A stretch of DNA of 64,000 bases from Octopus sinensis (GCF_006345805.1 NC_043006.1:69936001-70000000), one strand, 5' to 3'. Positions 24,007 through 37,066 are shown, numbered from the stretch's first letter. A program made the numbers and translations. The notes: generated from the letters alone by a model not told the origin.

Positions 24007-24559
24007 AAGGAAATCCGTTGGAAACAAAAAACAGAACAGAGGCGGAGCAAAAACAAATCGAACTATGCTCCTAAGAGCCCATGCGAAACTGTTTATCAGT
24101 GTATGTTGAGAACCGGTGGCTGAAGAATTCACGGGTCAGGCATCGGTCAATCATGTGGTGAGGGTGTATAGATGTTCTTTGTGACCGAGAATAAAGTTCT
24201 GACTATTTAAGGAATATTGGATGTTTTTAGGGGCGAGAAAAATCTACTTAGAGACGTGTGTGTGTGTATACTGTTCTATATATTGTGTGTTTGGCGTAGG
24301 GGTAGAACATTTTTTGTGTACGTGTGTGCGTTTGATCGTTCGGCTGTCAGTGGCTACTGCCGTGATAACCGTTGGTGGCAGAAAGAAAAAAAATATATAT
24401 ATTATGTTATGTGTGTTGTGTGTTCATCTAAGCCTGCCTGTCAAGGAAACCCCCCGCTGTGAAAAACCAAGCCCCGTTTGTCTTACAGGAGTAATTCCCC
24501 TTGCAGTGGTTAACGTAGATATCTTAAAAGCTATTTCAGAATTTGTTACCAAGGGCTAT

Positions 24560-24910
24560 GGGTGCCGGTATTATTTATAAACGCTATTTAAAAGCCAGAT
24601 AAGTGTAACGCCGCCAATGGGGCATCGAAAAGCCGACTGTAAGAGCCCGTTTACCATCCGGCCTCTCTGCAAACAAATATGGAAGAGTTCGGAGACACAA
24701 AGGTTGCACTGTCTTCTGCCCCTATCAAATGGGAGGGCCCACGACAAAATTGACCATTCCAGCTGTAGCTTAAGTTCGTAGCCTTCAGTTCGCCAATATT
24801 AGCTTACTGAGTCCCCGTGTCTGGCGCTTGTTCACGTCCCGAAAAGTTGCGTAATGGTTGGAGCATACGCAAGACAATCTTGAGGATGATGCCCCTACGT
24901 AAGTGAAGAC
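24560..24910 (-). pseudogene. PLE GIY-YIG endonuclease C-terminal fragment
   Basis: FTYVGASS...SNHYATFRD...GLSKLI(W)...LEWSIL..ALPFDRGRRQCNLCVSE...MVN..FRCP(H), with frameshifts. Confidence 0.8.
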
Positions 24911-25562
24911 ATAAGTGAAGACGTCGGCTTTTCGATGCCCCCATGGGGCGTTACACGTATCTGGCTTTTTAAATAGCGTTTATAAATAATACCGGCAACC
25001 ATAGCCTTGGTAACAAATTCTGAAATAGCTTTTAAGATATCTACGATTAACCACTGCAAGGGGAATTACTCCGGTAGACAAACGGGCTTGTTGTTTTCAC
25101 CGCGGGGGTTTCCTTGACAAGGCAGGCTATATGATGAACACACACACATAAAACATAATATATATATTTTTTTTTTCTTTCTGCCACCCAACGGTTATCA
25201 CGGCAGTAGCCCCTGACAGCGAACGATCAAACGCACACACGTACCAAAAAATGTTTTCTACCCCTACGCCAACACACACATATATAGAACAGTATACACA
25301 CACACACGTCTCTAAGTAGATTTTTCTCGCCCCTTATAAAACATCCAATATTCCTTAATAGTCAGAACTTTATTCTCGCGGTCACAAAGAACCATCTATA
25401 CACCCTCACCCACATGATTGACCGATGCCTGACCGTTGAATTCTTCAGCCACCGGTTCTCAACATACACTGATAAACAGTTTCGCCATGGGCTCTTAGGA
25501 GCATAGTTCGATTTGTTTTTGCTCCGCCTCTGTTCTGTTTTGTTTTTCCAACGGATTTCCTT

Positions 25563-25651
25563 TTTTCTTCTGAAGAGAAAGACACAATATGGTCCCATTA
25601 TTCAATCGGATTTGTGTAATTTGTGCCTTTCGAAACACGTGTAGAATGAAA
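25563..25651 (+). ncRNA. Type I hammerhead ribozyme, copy in the inverted arm
   Basis: CTGAAGA at 25570-25576, GAAA at 25632-25635, ACACGTGT, A at 25643. It lacks one stem I C relative to the other arm. Confidence 0.7.
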
Positions 25652-25860
25652 TAAACGATTTCTGTTCAATCTGCTGTTCAGCTCCATTTCTTCAATTCAC
25701 CAATAATGTTTTAATTTCAATTATCCGCACCAACGCACGGTTGCACACCGCCAGATGGTTGTACCTCCAACCGTGCTGTTTACTGCTGTGATTTTTGCTA
25801 CTAAGGTATCGTTAAACTTTTGATTAATCTACTACAAGATTATTCATCTTTCTATTTCAC

Positions 25861-25929
<69 letters not shown>

Positions 25930-25934
<5 letters not shown>

Positions 25935-26043
25935 GCCTACTCGCTTAGCCAGCGGGGTGGCGTCATTCGAAGGCCAAAACCAATGCGAGCGCATTGTGAC
26001 CAGCGATGTGTAACAACATCTGATGGTCTGTCGGTCACGTGAT

Positions 26044-26050
<7 letters not shown>
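25930..26050 (-). repeat. Dispersed SINE/LINE-like 3' fragment; second copy at 39095-39168 (+)
   Basis: Shared TCACGTGA...ATCAGATGTTG..ACAC.TCGCTGGTCACAATGCGCT. Confidence 0.75.
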
Positions 26051-26074
<24 letters not shown>

Positions 26075-26270
26075 CCGGAGTAAACACATAAATGTGAAAC
26101 CGCATGTGAAAAAAGAGTACTCAAATACCAGTCGTAGAGTAATATGTTTTATTTAAGCAAGCAGCACAAAATTCAACAAAACCTGTTACCTGATTTCCTC
26201 CGTTGCCGTTCATCGGACAGTTTTTTGCTAGAATTTGTTGAATTTTCTGGTGCTTAAATAAAGTTATAAA
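26075..26270. mobile_element. PLE-like fragment: short inverted repeat enclosing a decayed hammerhead (26183-26220, minus)
   Basis: TTATTTAAGCA..AAAATTCAACAAA versus TTTGTTGAATTTT..TGCTTAAATAA; CTGT-CCGATGA-A...GAAA..GT-A-ACAG. Confidence 0.55.
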
Positions 26271-26412
26271 TATATATAATATAGTGGTCTGTGTGTGTGT
26301 GTGTTGTGTTGTGTGTTTGTGTATAGGTCGATAGATATAGACATATAGATAGAATAAACAGATAGATAGATAGATAAAAATAGATAGATAGATAGATAGA
26401 TATATATAACGA

Positions 26413-26820
26413 TATTCTTTAATTCTTTATTTGTTTCAGGCATTTGAATGCGGCCATGCTGGAGCACCGCCGTTTGTCGAACAAATCGCCCCCAGGACTT
26501 ATCTTTGTAAGCCTAGTGCTTATTCTAAGAGACGTGACAACATCATGGTATGATGTATGTATGTTATGTATGTATATATATATATATATATAATAATATA
26601 TATTATATATATATATAGATAGTATATTAATATTATATATATTATATATACTTAGATAATATACGACGGAGTTCTTTCAGTTTCGCCTACCAATCAACTC
26701 ACAAAGCTTTGGTCGTCCCGAGGCTATAGTACAAGAACCACTTGCCTAAGATGCCATGTAGGGGGACTGACCCGGAACCATGTGGTTGGGAAGCAAGCTA
26801 CTTACCGCACAGCTACTCTC
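26413..26820 (-). mobile_element. SINE B with internal (TA)n and a partial deletion
   Basis: Tail at 26413-26530, head at 26660-26820. Confidence 0.85.
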
Positions 26821-26946
26821 ATATATATATATATATATATATAATATATATATATATATAATATGTTCATTTATTTATTTATTTGTTATATTTTGGGATG
26901 ATCATTCACATCAAGTACCCTGCAAAACAATACACTAACGTTAATA

Positions 26947-27190
26947 AGGGTAAAGACCCCCTTCGTCATGATGACCATGGGATTGCACCTAGAAAGTTAC
27001 CATCCTCCTAGACCAGTCCGGGCAAGGTGTTTTATGGAAGACCAGCAGTCGCCCAGCATACCAGCCTCCCCTCTCCACGCCACCAGTGTTATCCAAGGGA
27101 AAGACAAAGGTCGATACAGCTTGGCACCATGACGTCGCAACTCATTTCTACAGCTGAGGAACTGGAGCAACGGTGAAATAAAGTGCCTTA
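26947..27190 (-). mobile_element. SINE-like family E, 5'-truncated
   Basis: Minus strand begins AAGGCACTTTATTTCACCGTTGCTCCAG..CAGCTGTAGAAATGAGT, a SINE core-like motif. Assignment is from memory. Confidence 0.6.
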
Positions 27191-27215
27191 TATAGTATAT
27201 ATATATATATAGTAT

Positions 27216-27265
<50 letters not shown>

Positions 27266-27499
27266 CATATATATATGTAAGCACATATATATATGTATAT
27301 ATATGTGGATACAAACACAAATATATATGCATCTGCATACATATACATACTTATATATCATACATACATATATACATACACATATATATACATATATATA
27401 TATATATGTGTGTGTGTATGTATTTATGCATATATGTATATGTATATATTATTATATGTATATATACATATGCATGGCAAACAGTATACTGCGATACTG

Positions 27500-28520
<1,021 letters not shown>

Positions 28521-28839
28521 TCATAACACACTCTCTGTCTTGCGTTCTTCAATATTTTCAATATGCAATGGCAATTATATATGTAACAGATATTTGACTT
28601 ATGTTGGTTGAAGAAACATTTTTATTTGTTTAAGCCATGGATTATATGACTATTTTATGGCCGTTCGGCTTTCAGCAGATCGTTGGTCATTTAAAAATAT
28701 TTCAAAAGATATTTTGATTTGTATCAACAGGAGGTTAACCCTCTACACGTGAACGTGAAGGCTTCTGTGAAACAATCTGTTTACTTTTCTCTGAGTGACA
28801 AATCGCAGCCATTTTTAACCTGCTGATAATGTTTGGAAT

Positions 28840-29070
28840 GTTGACGTTGATAATGTATTGTGGGAAAGTAATTACAACCAACTGTTCGGTTTCTGAAGAC
28901 TGTATCGGATTACCTGAGAACCGTTTTAAGTCAAGTTTTCAATCAACATCAATATTCTTTTAGATTTCTGGAAAAGTGTTTTTGAATACGAGTTTGTTAA
29001 AATACATATGATTTGTCAAAAAGGACAATGATACTAAAGTAAAATTACTTGGAATATATATGCTTGGATG
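28840..29070 (+). pseudogene. Decayed PLE GIY-YIG fragment
   Basis: MYCGKVIT...CIGLPENRFKS..QH...NTSLLKYI*FVKK..KITWNI pattern across frameshifts. Confidence 0.6.
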
Positions 29071-29820
29071 TGAGTGAGTTTATGTTTGTCGTAAGAGAAA
29101 GAAACGGAGAGGAGAGATAGAGAAATCAAGTCGAAAATATGGGCGAAGATAAAGAAGATATGTAGAGAGATGAATAAATAGGATTGAGTGGGAGGTAATA
29201 GTTTGATAATAATGTGTGTCCGTATATGTATCTTTTTACTGTGGATTTATGTGCGTTTATGTATGTAAATACGTTGCGTGTGTGCGTATATGTGAGCGGT
29301 AAAAGAATGAGGTTGGAAAGGAAAAGTATGTGAAAGAGGGCAACAGAGAATAAAAGAGAGTGTGAAAGTAAGAGTAAAAGAAAGTCAGACGGGGAAATTA
29401 GGTGGGAATTGGGAGGCGGAGAAGGGGAGAGAAAGGATGATAGAGAGTGCATAGAATGAGAGAGAGAGGAGGAATACAGAGGGGCGAGGTAGAGGGATAT
29501 CGGCAGAATAGAGAGAGAAAATGAGGAGCCGAGATATATTGAATAGAGGCAGAAAGCAGAAAGAGAGAGAGAGAGAGAGAGAGAGGGTTAATTGGGAAAG
29601 AAGGAGTTGGAAATAATAGATGGAATAACGAGGGAACTGGCGGGAGAAAGAGAGACGCTGAGAGTAAGAAATCTCAAATAGACAGACAGACAGACGGACG
29701 GACAGACAGAGAGACTGATAAATAGGCAGTAAAATAAGCAGATAGATAGATAGATAGATAGAGATAGGAAGGAGCTTCTGTTTAAAGCATAGTAAATGAG
29801 GGGAGGGTCTTGGCAAAAAT

Positions 29821-29870
29821 TATGGCGTACATCACGTGACGCACATCACGTGATGTGCACATAAAAAGTG
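29821..29870. promoter_or_regulatory. Candidate paired E-box cluster
   Basis: TCACGTGA at 29832 and 29846; 18-bp palindrome GCACATCACGTGATGTGC (29841-29858); then CATAAAAAG. Confidence 0.3.
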
Positions 29871-30339
29871 AACAATAAAGTTATTATTGTGTTTTGTTTC
29901 GTTTTTAAATAAAAAGTAATTTTGTTGCGTTGCTGCTGTTGTTGTCTTGTTGTTGTTGCGGTGGTGGTGGCGGTGGCGGTGGCGGTAACAGTTGCGTTCT
30001 TGTTTCAGTTTATGAGTAAATGACTTAAACAGGGTGTAATTTCTTTTGTGGAGATTTAGGACATAAAAATAGGGTCATTAAGACAGAACGGAGTGGGATG
30101 TAGGGGGTGGCGGTAGTGTTGTGTTGGTGGTGTGGTGGTGATGGTGATGGTGGTGGTGGGAAGAGTGAGGCGTAATTACTTTAACAATGTCGAATGAGAT
30201 TGAAATCGTTTGTGTTAAGGTGGAGTTTCACAAGATGTGTGTTCGTATCCAGTTAATGTTGTGTTAGTTAACTTACATCCGTATAACTAACTCCGAGCAG
30301 ACATACACAGGTATACGCAGCCACTAGCTACACACTTGT

Positions 30340-30532
30340 ATTCTTTTATTTGTTTCAGTCATTTGACTGCGGTCATGCTGGAGCACCGCCTTTAGTAGTC
30401 GAACTAATCGACCTCGGGACTTATTTTTTGTAAGCCTAGAACTTATTCTATCGGTATCTTTTGCCGAACCGCTAATTATAGGGATATAAACACACCAACA
30501 TCGATTGTCAAGCGATGGTGGAGAGACAAACT

Positions 30533-30589
<57 letters not shown>

Positions 30590-31062
30590 TATATCTATAT
30601 CTATCTCTATATATATGTATAAATAATAAATATTAGGGAATATATCCAAATTTACAGGGAAAAAAAATCAGATTTAGGATAATCCAATTTTATAGTAAAT
30701 ATTATAAAATATTATTTGAGACAAAACCACTATTTGCAAACCAAACAAGGAAAGACTTAATCAATACATAAAATTAATAATTTACTATTTTTTACTATTT
30801 TTTACTATTTATTAATTTTATGTATTGATTAAGTCTTTCCTTTTTGTTTTGCAAAATAGTGGTTTTGTCTCAAATAATATTTTATATATATGTATATATA
30901 TATACGATGGGCTTCTTTCAGTTTCCGTCTACCAGATCCACTCACAAGGCTTTGGTCGGCTCCAGACTATAGTTGAAGACACTTGCCCAAGGTGCTACGC
31001 AGTGAAACTGAACCCAAAGCTATGTGGATAGTAAGCAAGCTACTTACCACACACACTATGTC
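30340..31062 (-). mobile_element. SINE B with an AT-rich hairpin insert in its central microsatellite
   Basis: Tail at 30340-30540, head at 30900-31062; inverted arms at 30703-30780 and 30809-30886. Confidence 0.85.
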
Positions 31063-31144
31063 TAAATATATACAATCAGTCTTCACACGTTGACTGTCTA
31101 TATATTCTCGTACCGTCCTTTACGTGTTTCCGTACTTAGATAGT

Positions 31145-31310
31145 GATCATGCTGGAGCACCTTCTTAAAGTATTTAGTCGAACAAATCTAGCCCTGTACT
31201 TAATTACTTTTATAAGCCTGGTATTTTTTCTATCGGTCTTATTTGCCGAACCGTTAGGTTATGGGGGGGGGGTAAGGAAACTACCACTGGTTGGCATACG
31301 ATGATGGGAG
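31145..31310 (-). mobile_element. Decayed SINE B 3' half
   Basis: CATGCTGGAGCACC...TAGTCGAACAAAT...TAAGCCTGGTA...TTGCCGAACCG. Confidence 0.7.
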
Positions 31311-31538
31311 TTTTAAAACGCACGCACACGTATATATGGGTGTGTGTGTGTGTGTGCGCGTACATATATATATCAATATATAACAATATATATATACATA
31401 TACATATATATATATATATACAATATATATACATATATATACATATACATATATATATATCAATATATAACAATATATATATACATATACCTATATATAT
31501 ATATACATATACTACATACGTATATATATATAATATTA

Positions 31539-31584
<46 letters not shown>

Positions 31585-32472
31585 TATATATATTATATAT
31601 CTATATTATAATTCTGAATGCGAAAAGTTTGTTTCTCTGGTTTTGGCATTGAGAACGGGTTAAAGGCCACTAGATCCCGTCGGATTGACTCCAAAATTTA
31701 CAGGGACATGTAAAATGAGGTGAGGATGCGAGTGGGCTAGGTTAGAAATCCCTATCTTAAAAGGTGTCGTTGCTTGGGCCAAATGCGTACTTTGACAAGT
31801 CTACTCTCAATCTTTTATGTATCTGTCTTCCTCCATCACTCACTCTCTTTCCTCCCTTCCCATCAATTTCTATCTATAACGTCGTTTCACAGCGTCTACT
31901 TCTCCTTCACTTTCTCTTTATAACGTCGTTTCACAGCGTTCTATAACTCCCCCTTCCCCGCCTTCAACAGCGCTTTCACACTCTCTCTCTCTCTACGTCT
32001 GTCTACATTCATAGAGAGAATTATCATCGCCACCACTACCACAACACAATCATGAGAACAAATATTATGAATCAGATATTTATTGGGTTAATTTATATAT
32101 GTGTGTGTGTGTGTTCTATATATAAATATGTATATATAATGTATATATACAAAGCGTATATATCTGTATTTATGTATATTAAACATTTTAATACTTTTTG
32201 ATAGTTATATATATTTTTTTTAAAATTATAAATATAAATTAATAATTGGAATTTTAAATTTAAATAATTTAAATTTTTAAATTTTATATTTTATATATTT
32301 TGTATATTATATTTTTATTTTTATGTTTTCGTTTATGTTTTTCACTGTTTGATTTGCCTAATAGTGGTTTTATCTCTAATTTAATGTATATATATATATA
32401 ATTTGCATACATTTGTATATATAATGCGTACACACACACACACACATACACACACACACATATATATAATGC

Positions 32473-32509
<37 letters not shown>

Positions 32510-32529
32510 GTGTGCATTATGTGGTCAGT

Positions 32530-33404
32530 TGTGCTGAAAATATGCACACCTATGTTAAAAGTGCTGGCGAGTTTGCATGGCAACTATTTTTTTCCTCAAA
32601 TGAAACGCGTGACCTCTAGGACAAAATTCATCATTTTATAAAATGTGGCCCGAGTAGACCCGAATGAAATCGGGTTATATTAACCAAAATGTGAAAAGAG
32701 GTCTAAATGGGGCTTGAAGGGGATTAAAATTTACAGGAGCGGGTGTTTAGGAATTCTCTGTTACATGAAGCTAAAAAATTTGTACCTGCCTTTAAATCGT
32801 CAATGTGTTGCCGTCCATGATGAAGAAGTTTTGAATGCTTGCCATGGTGAGTCTACTGTCGTGAGAAAGAATCACTTCAAAGTTTGGTGTTTAGAAATTT
32901 TCTTTCACATCAAGTTCAAAATTTTACGCCAGCCGTTAAACTGCCACTATGTTGCTGTCCGTCGTTAAGAAATGCCAGCCATGGTGACTCTACTATCCTC
33001 AGATTCTATCCTTTCAAACTTTGGTTTCCAATATTTTTTTTTTTTTATTCAGCTCGCAAGTTCGTCTGTCCCTTTTAAATGTTAGTGTTTTGCTGTCTGC
33101 CTTGAAGCAGACCTTTCCGTTGTCACTGCCTGATATTTATGATGGATCTTTCAAAATATATTCTTTCTCAACTTACTTAAGATCTTTTGTTGTTTATAAA
33201 TGGGAGAGAGATAGATAGAGAAAGATAGAGAATAAGAGAAAGCCAAGGAGAGTCCGAGAGAAAGAAAGAGTAAGAGAGTGGGAAAGTGAGAGAGAAAGGA
33301 GAGAAAAACAAAGAGGGAGAATGTGGTGATAAAAACAGAATGGAAGCAACAGAAAGTAACAACCACACTCTTACCCGCGCGTAGAACGGGTCGCCTTAAG
33401 CTAG
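32530..33404 (+). mobile_element. Probable non-autonomous Helitron (3' end clear, 5' boundary uncertain)
   Basis: ACCCG-CGCGTAGAA-CGGGT hairpin, 9 nt, then CTAG|T at 33401-33405; internal ~80-bp duplication (GCCATGGTGA.TCTACT.TC). Confidence 0.55.
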
Positions 33405-33408
33405 TATA

Positions 33409-33480
<72 letters not shown>

Positions 33481-33599
33481 CTCGTAGATACCCTAATTCA
33501 TAATTTTAATAATTATTTATATATATATATATACACACATATAATTTAATATACATTATTTACAATTGACGGATATTTGTCCTCACCTTGATTGTTGTT

Positions 33600-33644
33600 A
33601 ACACAACGTTTCGGCTGATATACCTCCAGCCTTCATCAGGTGTC
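33600..33644 (-). ncRNA. Minimal type I hammerhead-like motif
   Basis: GACAC-CTGATGA-A-GGCTG(GAGGTATAT)CAGCC-GAAACGT-T-GTGTT. Confidence 0.68.
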
Positions 33645-33699
33645 TTGGGGAAATTTCGAACCTGGGTTCTCATTCCTCAGCTATTTTTCGATGTTGTCA

Positions 33700-34300
33700 T
33701 TATTATTATTTTTGTTGTTGTTGCCGCCTTTCCACAGCTTCTAACGCTGGAGATGTACTACAGTGTCAGCTGTTCACTACCAGTGAAGTAAGGTAATACC
33801 TCTTACTTTTCGAGCACCTTCCGGGATATTAGAGCGGTTCCAATCAGTGCTGTTTTCTGCAAGTGATCCACACTTATTGCAGCCCCTATTTGTTGCACGT
33901 ACTTCTCGAGATTTTTGCTGACTGTTCCCAGAGTTCCGACAATTATTGGTATTACTGCTACCCTTTTCATCGACCACAACTGCTTAACTTCCCAAGCTAA
34001 CCTGTCATATCTCTCAACTTCCTTATTGCATACCTTGTTGTCAGCTGGGCATGCTTTAAATCTATGATCCAGCATAGTTTGTTTTCTTTCTCAATTAAGA
34101 CTATGTCCAGCTTCCTATTGTCAACCTCATGGTCGCACTGAATCACAAAATCCTATAGGATCTTTGCATCTCTATTTTCGACAACGCCTTCAGGTTTGTG
34201 GTCGTACCAAATTTTTGCTCTGTCAAGTCCATACTTGTAAAGTAACCAATGGACAAGCCTGGCTATATTGTCGTGGCGTCTCCTATATTCCTTCTGGGCT
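33700..34300 (-). mobile_element. R4/Dong-clade LINE 3' end (restriction-like endonuclease)
   Basis: HWLLYKYGL..WYDHKPE..ILYDFVIQCDHE..RKLDIVLI..ACPADNKV..RYDRLAWEVKQLW..IIVGTLG..LQKTALIGT; (CAA/TAA)n tail. Confidence 0.88.
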
Positions 34301-34782
34301 AATGGAGTACATTGGCTGGTAATATGCCATACGGTTTCACCGTTTTGTTCACAGATTCTGCACTTTTCACTTTCTGATGTTTGTCTATTCTGTATTTTAT
34401 GTAGTTTATTCGGAAGTGAACAAGGTATATATAGTGCGTGTGTTTATTTGACAAAAAAAAAATGACCGTTCCGAAATATAACAACACACGGACACACACA
34501 CAGACACATAGACACACATGTATTTATGAATGAAACCCACGTCTGTGTGTATAACGCAAGGCTAGAGAAGGGAACGATAATTTCTCCTCACAGACAATGC
34601 GTCGTTAGCCAGCTGGAGATCTCCTGCCGCGTTGTTAGCCAGCTAGGGATCTCCTCACACGGTTAAAACCACCATAGCATTGTCCTCTATGGGACAACCA
34701 CATTTAGTTGACGAAATATATTTTACGATTCCGTGCTGCAACCGTTTACTTCCGGCTAAGAAATTTAATACTGCTTACGTGT

Positions 34783-35040
34783 ATTCTTTTCTTTTTCTTT
34801 TTATTTGTTTCAGTCATTTGGCTGCGGCCATCCTGGAGCACCGCTTTTAGTCGAACAAATCAACCCCAGGACTTATTCTTTCTAAGCTTAGTACTTATTC
34901 TATCAGTTTCTTTTGCCGAACTGCTAAGGTTACGGAGACGTAAGCACACCAACATCGGTCGTCAAGCGATGGTGGAGAGACAAATACAGACATACAGACA
35001 TAAACACACACACATATATACATACATACATATATGTATA

Positions 35041-35075
<35 letters not shown>

Positions 35076-35240
35076 CGACGGGCTTCTTTCAGTTTCCGTC
35101 TACCAAATCCACTCACAAGGCTCTGGTCGACCTGAGACTATAGCAGAAGACAATTGACCAAAGTGCCACGCATTCACACTGAATCCGGAACCATGTGGAG
35201 TTGGTAAGCAAGCTAATTACCACACGCCTATGCCTGCACC
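34783..35240 (-). mobile_element. Full-length SINE B
   Basis: Head, central (TA/CA)n and tail are all present. Confidence 0.92.
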
Positions 35241-35274
35241 TATGATACACACACACACACACACACGCACACAC

Positions 35275-35307
<33 letters not shown>

Positions 35308-35312
35308 GATAT

Positions 35313-35415
<103 letters not shown>

Positions 35416-35422
35416 TACATAC

Positions 35423-35585
35423 AGGCGTAGTAGCTGTGTGGTAAGTAGCTTGCTTAAAAACCACATGGTTCCGGGCAGAGTCCCACTGCGTGACACCTTG
35501 AGCAAGTGTCTTCTACTATAGCCTCGGGCCAACCAAAGCCTTGTGAGTAGATTTGGTAGACGGAAACTGAAAGAAGCCTGTCGTA

Positions 35586-35663
<78 letters not shown>

Positions 35664-35873
35664 TGTGTGTGTTTGTGCTTCTGTGGTCGTCCCCCAACAT
35701 CGCTTGATAACCGATGCTGGTGTGTTTACGTCCCCGTAACCTAACGGTTCCGCAAAAGAGACCGATAGAATAAGTACTGGGCTTACAAAGAATAAGTCCT
35801 GGGATCGATTTACACGACTAAAGGCGGTGATCCAGCATGGCCACAGTCAAATGACTGAAACAAGTAAAAGAGT
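35423..35873 (+). mobile_element. Full-length SINE B
   Basis: Head AGGCGTAGTAGCTGTGTGGTAAG, central (TA)n(TG)n, tail AAGTAAAAGAGT. Confidence 0.95.
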
Positions 35874-36399
35874 ATACATGTATACATACATGCATACGAT
35901 GAACTTCTTTCAGCATCCTTCGCAGCATCCCTGTTATATTGTTGCTGTGGACTTGCAAATGGTCAAGAAGGACATGAATGGTGTCAATTTTATCAGCAAG
36001 GTCGTAGTTTTTGCCATGTCTTTGTCCACTTTCGTTTCCTGCTGACCATGCCCTACCCTAAGTGAGCGTGCGGTTGCTGTGTTATCGGCTCTGCATCCTC
36101 CATCTGGCCAAACCGTGAAGTACAGTAGCCGTAGCAACAACAACAACGAATCGCATGAATATCGACAACAACAACAATAACAACAAGAGGAAGAATAGTA
36201 GCATTATCACCACCACCACCACTAACAACAGAGGATATGTGAACCGCAACAACAATAACAACATCAATTCATGTTGAACAACAAATACAGGTGCAAGAAT
36301 ATTCACAAAAAATCCATTTTCTCAACTTTGTCGAAGAAAACGTTAACAGCAGCATTTTTTCCAAGATAATCTAGTATAACATCCTCCTTCTTTCTAATT

Positions 36400-37035
36400 C
36401 TCCTCTTCCTTCTCTTCGCCATCATCACCATCGTCATCGTCGTCGTCATCATCATCATCATCATCACCACCTGTACTATCTCCATCATTATCAACATCAT
36501 CATCATAAACATTCCCACCACCACCACCACTACCACAACCATCACCAACAACATCATCATCATCATCATCATCATTGTCATCATCATCATCATCATCATC
36601 ATCATCGTCGTCGTCGTCTCTTCTATCTCCATCATTATCAACATCATCATCATCATCATCGTCTCTTCTATCTCCATCATTATCAACATCATCATCATCA
36701 TCATCATAAACACTAATCCCACTACCAACACCATCAGCAACAACATCATCTTCATCATCGTCATCATCATCATCATCATCATCATCGTCTCTTCTATCTC
36801 CATCATTATCAACATCATCATCATCATCATAAACCACCACCACCACCACCACTATTAGCAACAACAACAACAACATCATCATCGTCGTCGTCGTCGTCAT
36901 CATCACTATCATCATCATCATCATCGCCTCTACTTTCTCCATCATTATTAACATCACCTTCATCATCATCATAAACACTATTCCCATCATCATCATCGTC
37001 GTCATCATCGTCATCGTCATTGTCGTCATCTTCGT

Positions 37036-37066
<31 letters not shown>

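Larger units (their letters stand above)
23854..25713 (-). mobile_element. 5'-truncated Penelope-like element with inverted pseudo-LTRs
   Basis: Arms at 23854-24637 and 24923-25713 are reverse complements. The 285-bp spacer encodes a GIY-YIG C-terminal half, and each arm contains a hammerhead. Confidence 0.88.

Noticed and set aside
24638-24922. Sequencing-adapter foldback artefact as the origin of the large inverted repeat
   Set aside because: No PacBio or Nanopore adapter sequence is recognisable, and the spacer encodes a PLE nuclease fragment continuous with one arm. A read-level check is still advisable.
25405-25490. MAKLFISVC*EPVAEEFNGQASVNHV with an in-frame TGA and a GTGAG donor (selenoprotein-like exon)
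   Set aside because: It lies antisense within a PLE pseudo-LTR arm. I saw no recognisable selenoprotein motif or SECIS, and the other arm breaks the frame.
36394-37065. 223-aa poly-Met/Asp ORFs suggesting an acidic biomineralisation-type protein
   Set aside because: They are open in several frames because of the (ATC)n repeat, switch composition at indels, and have no signal peptide or splice support.
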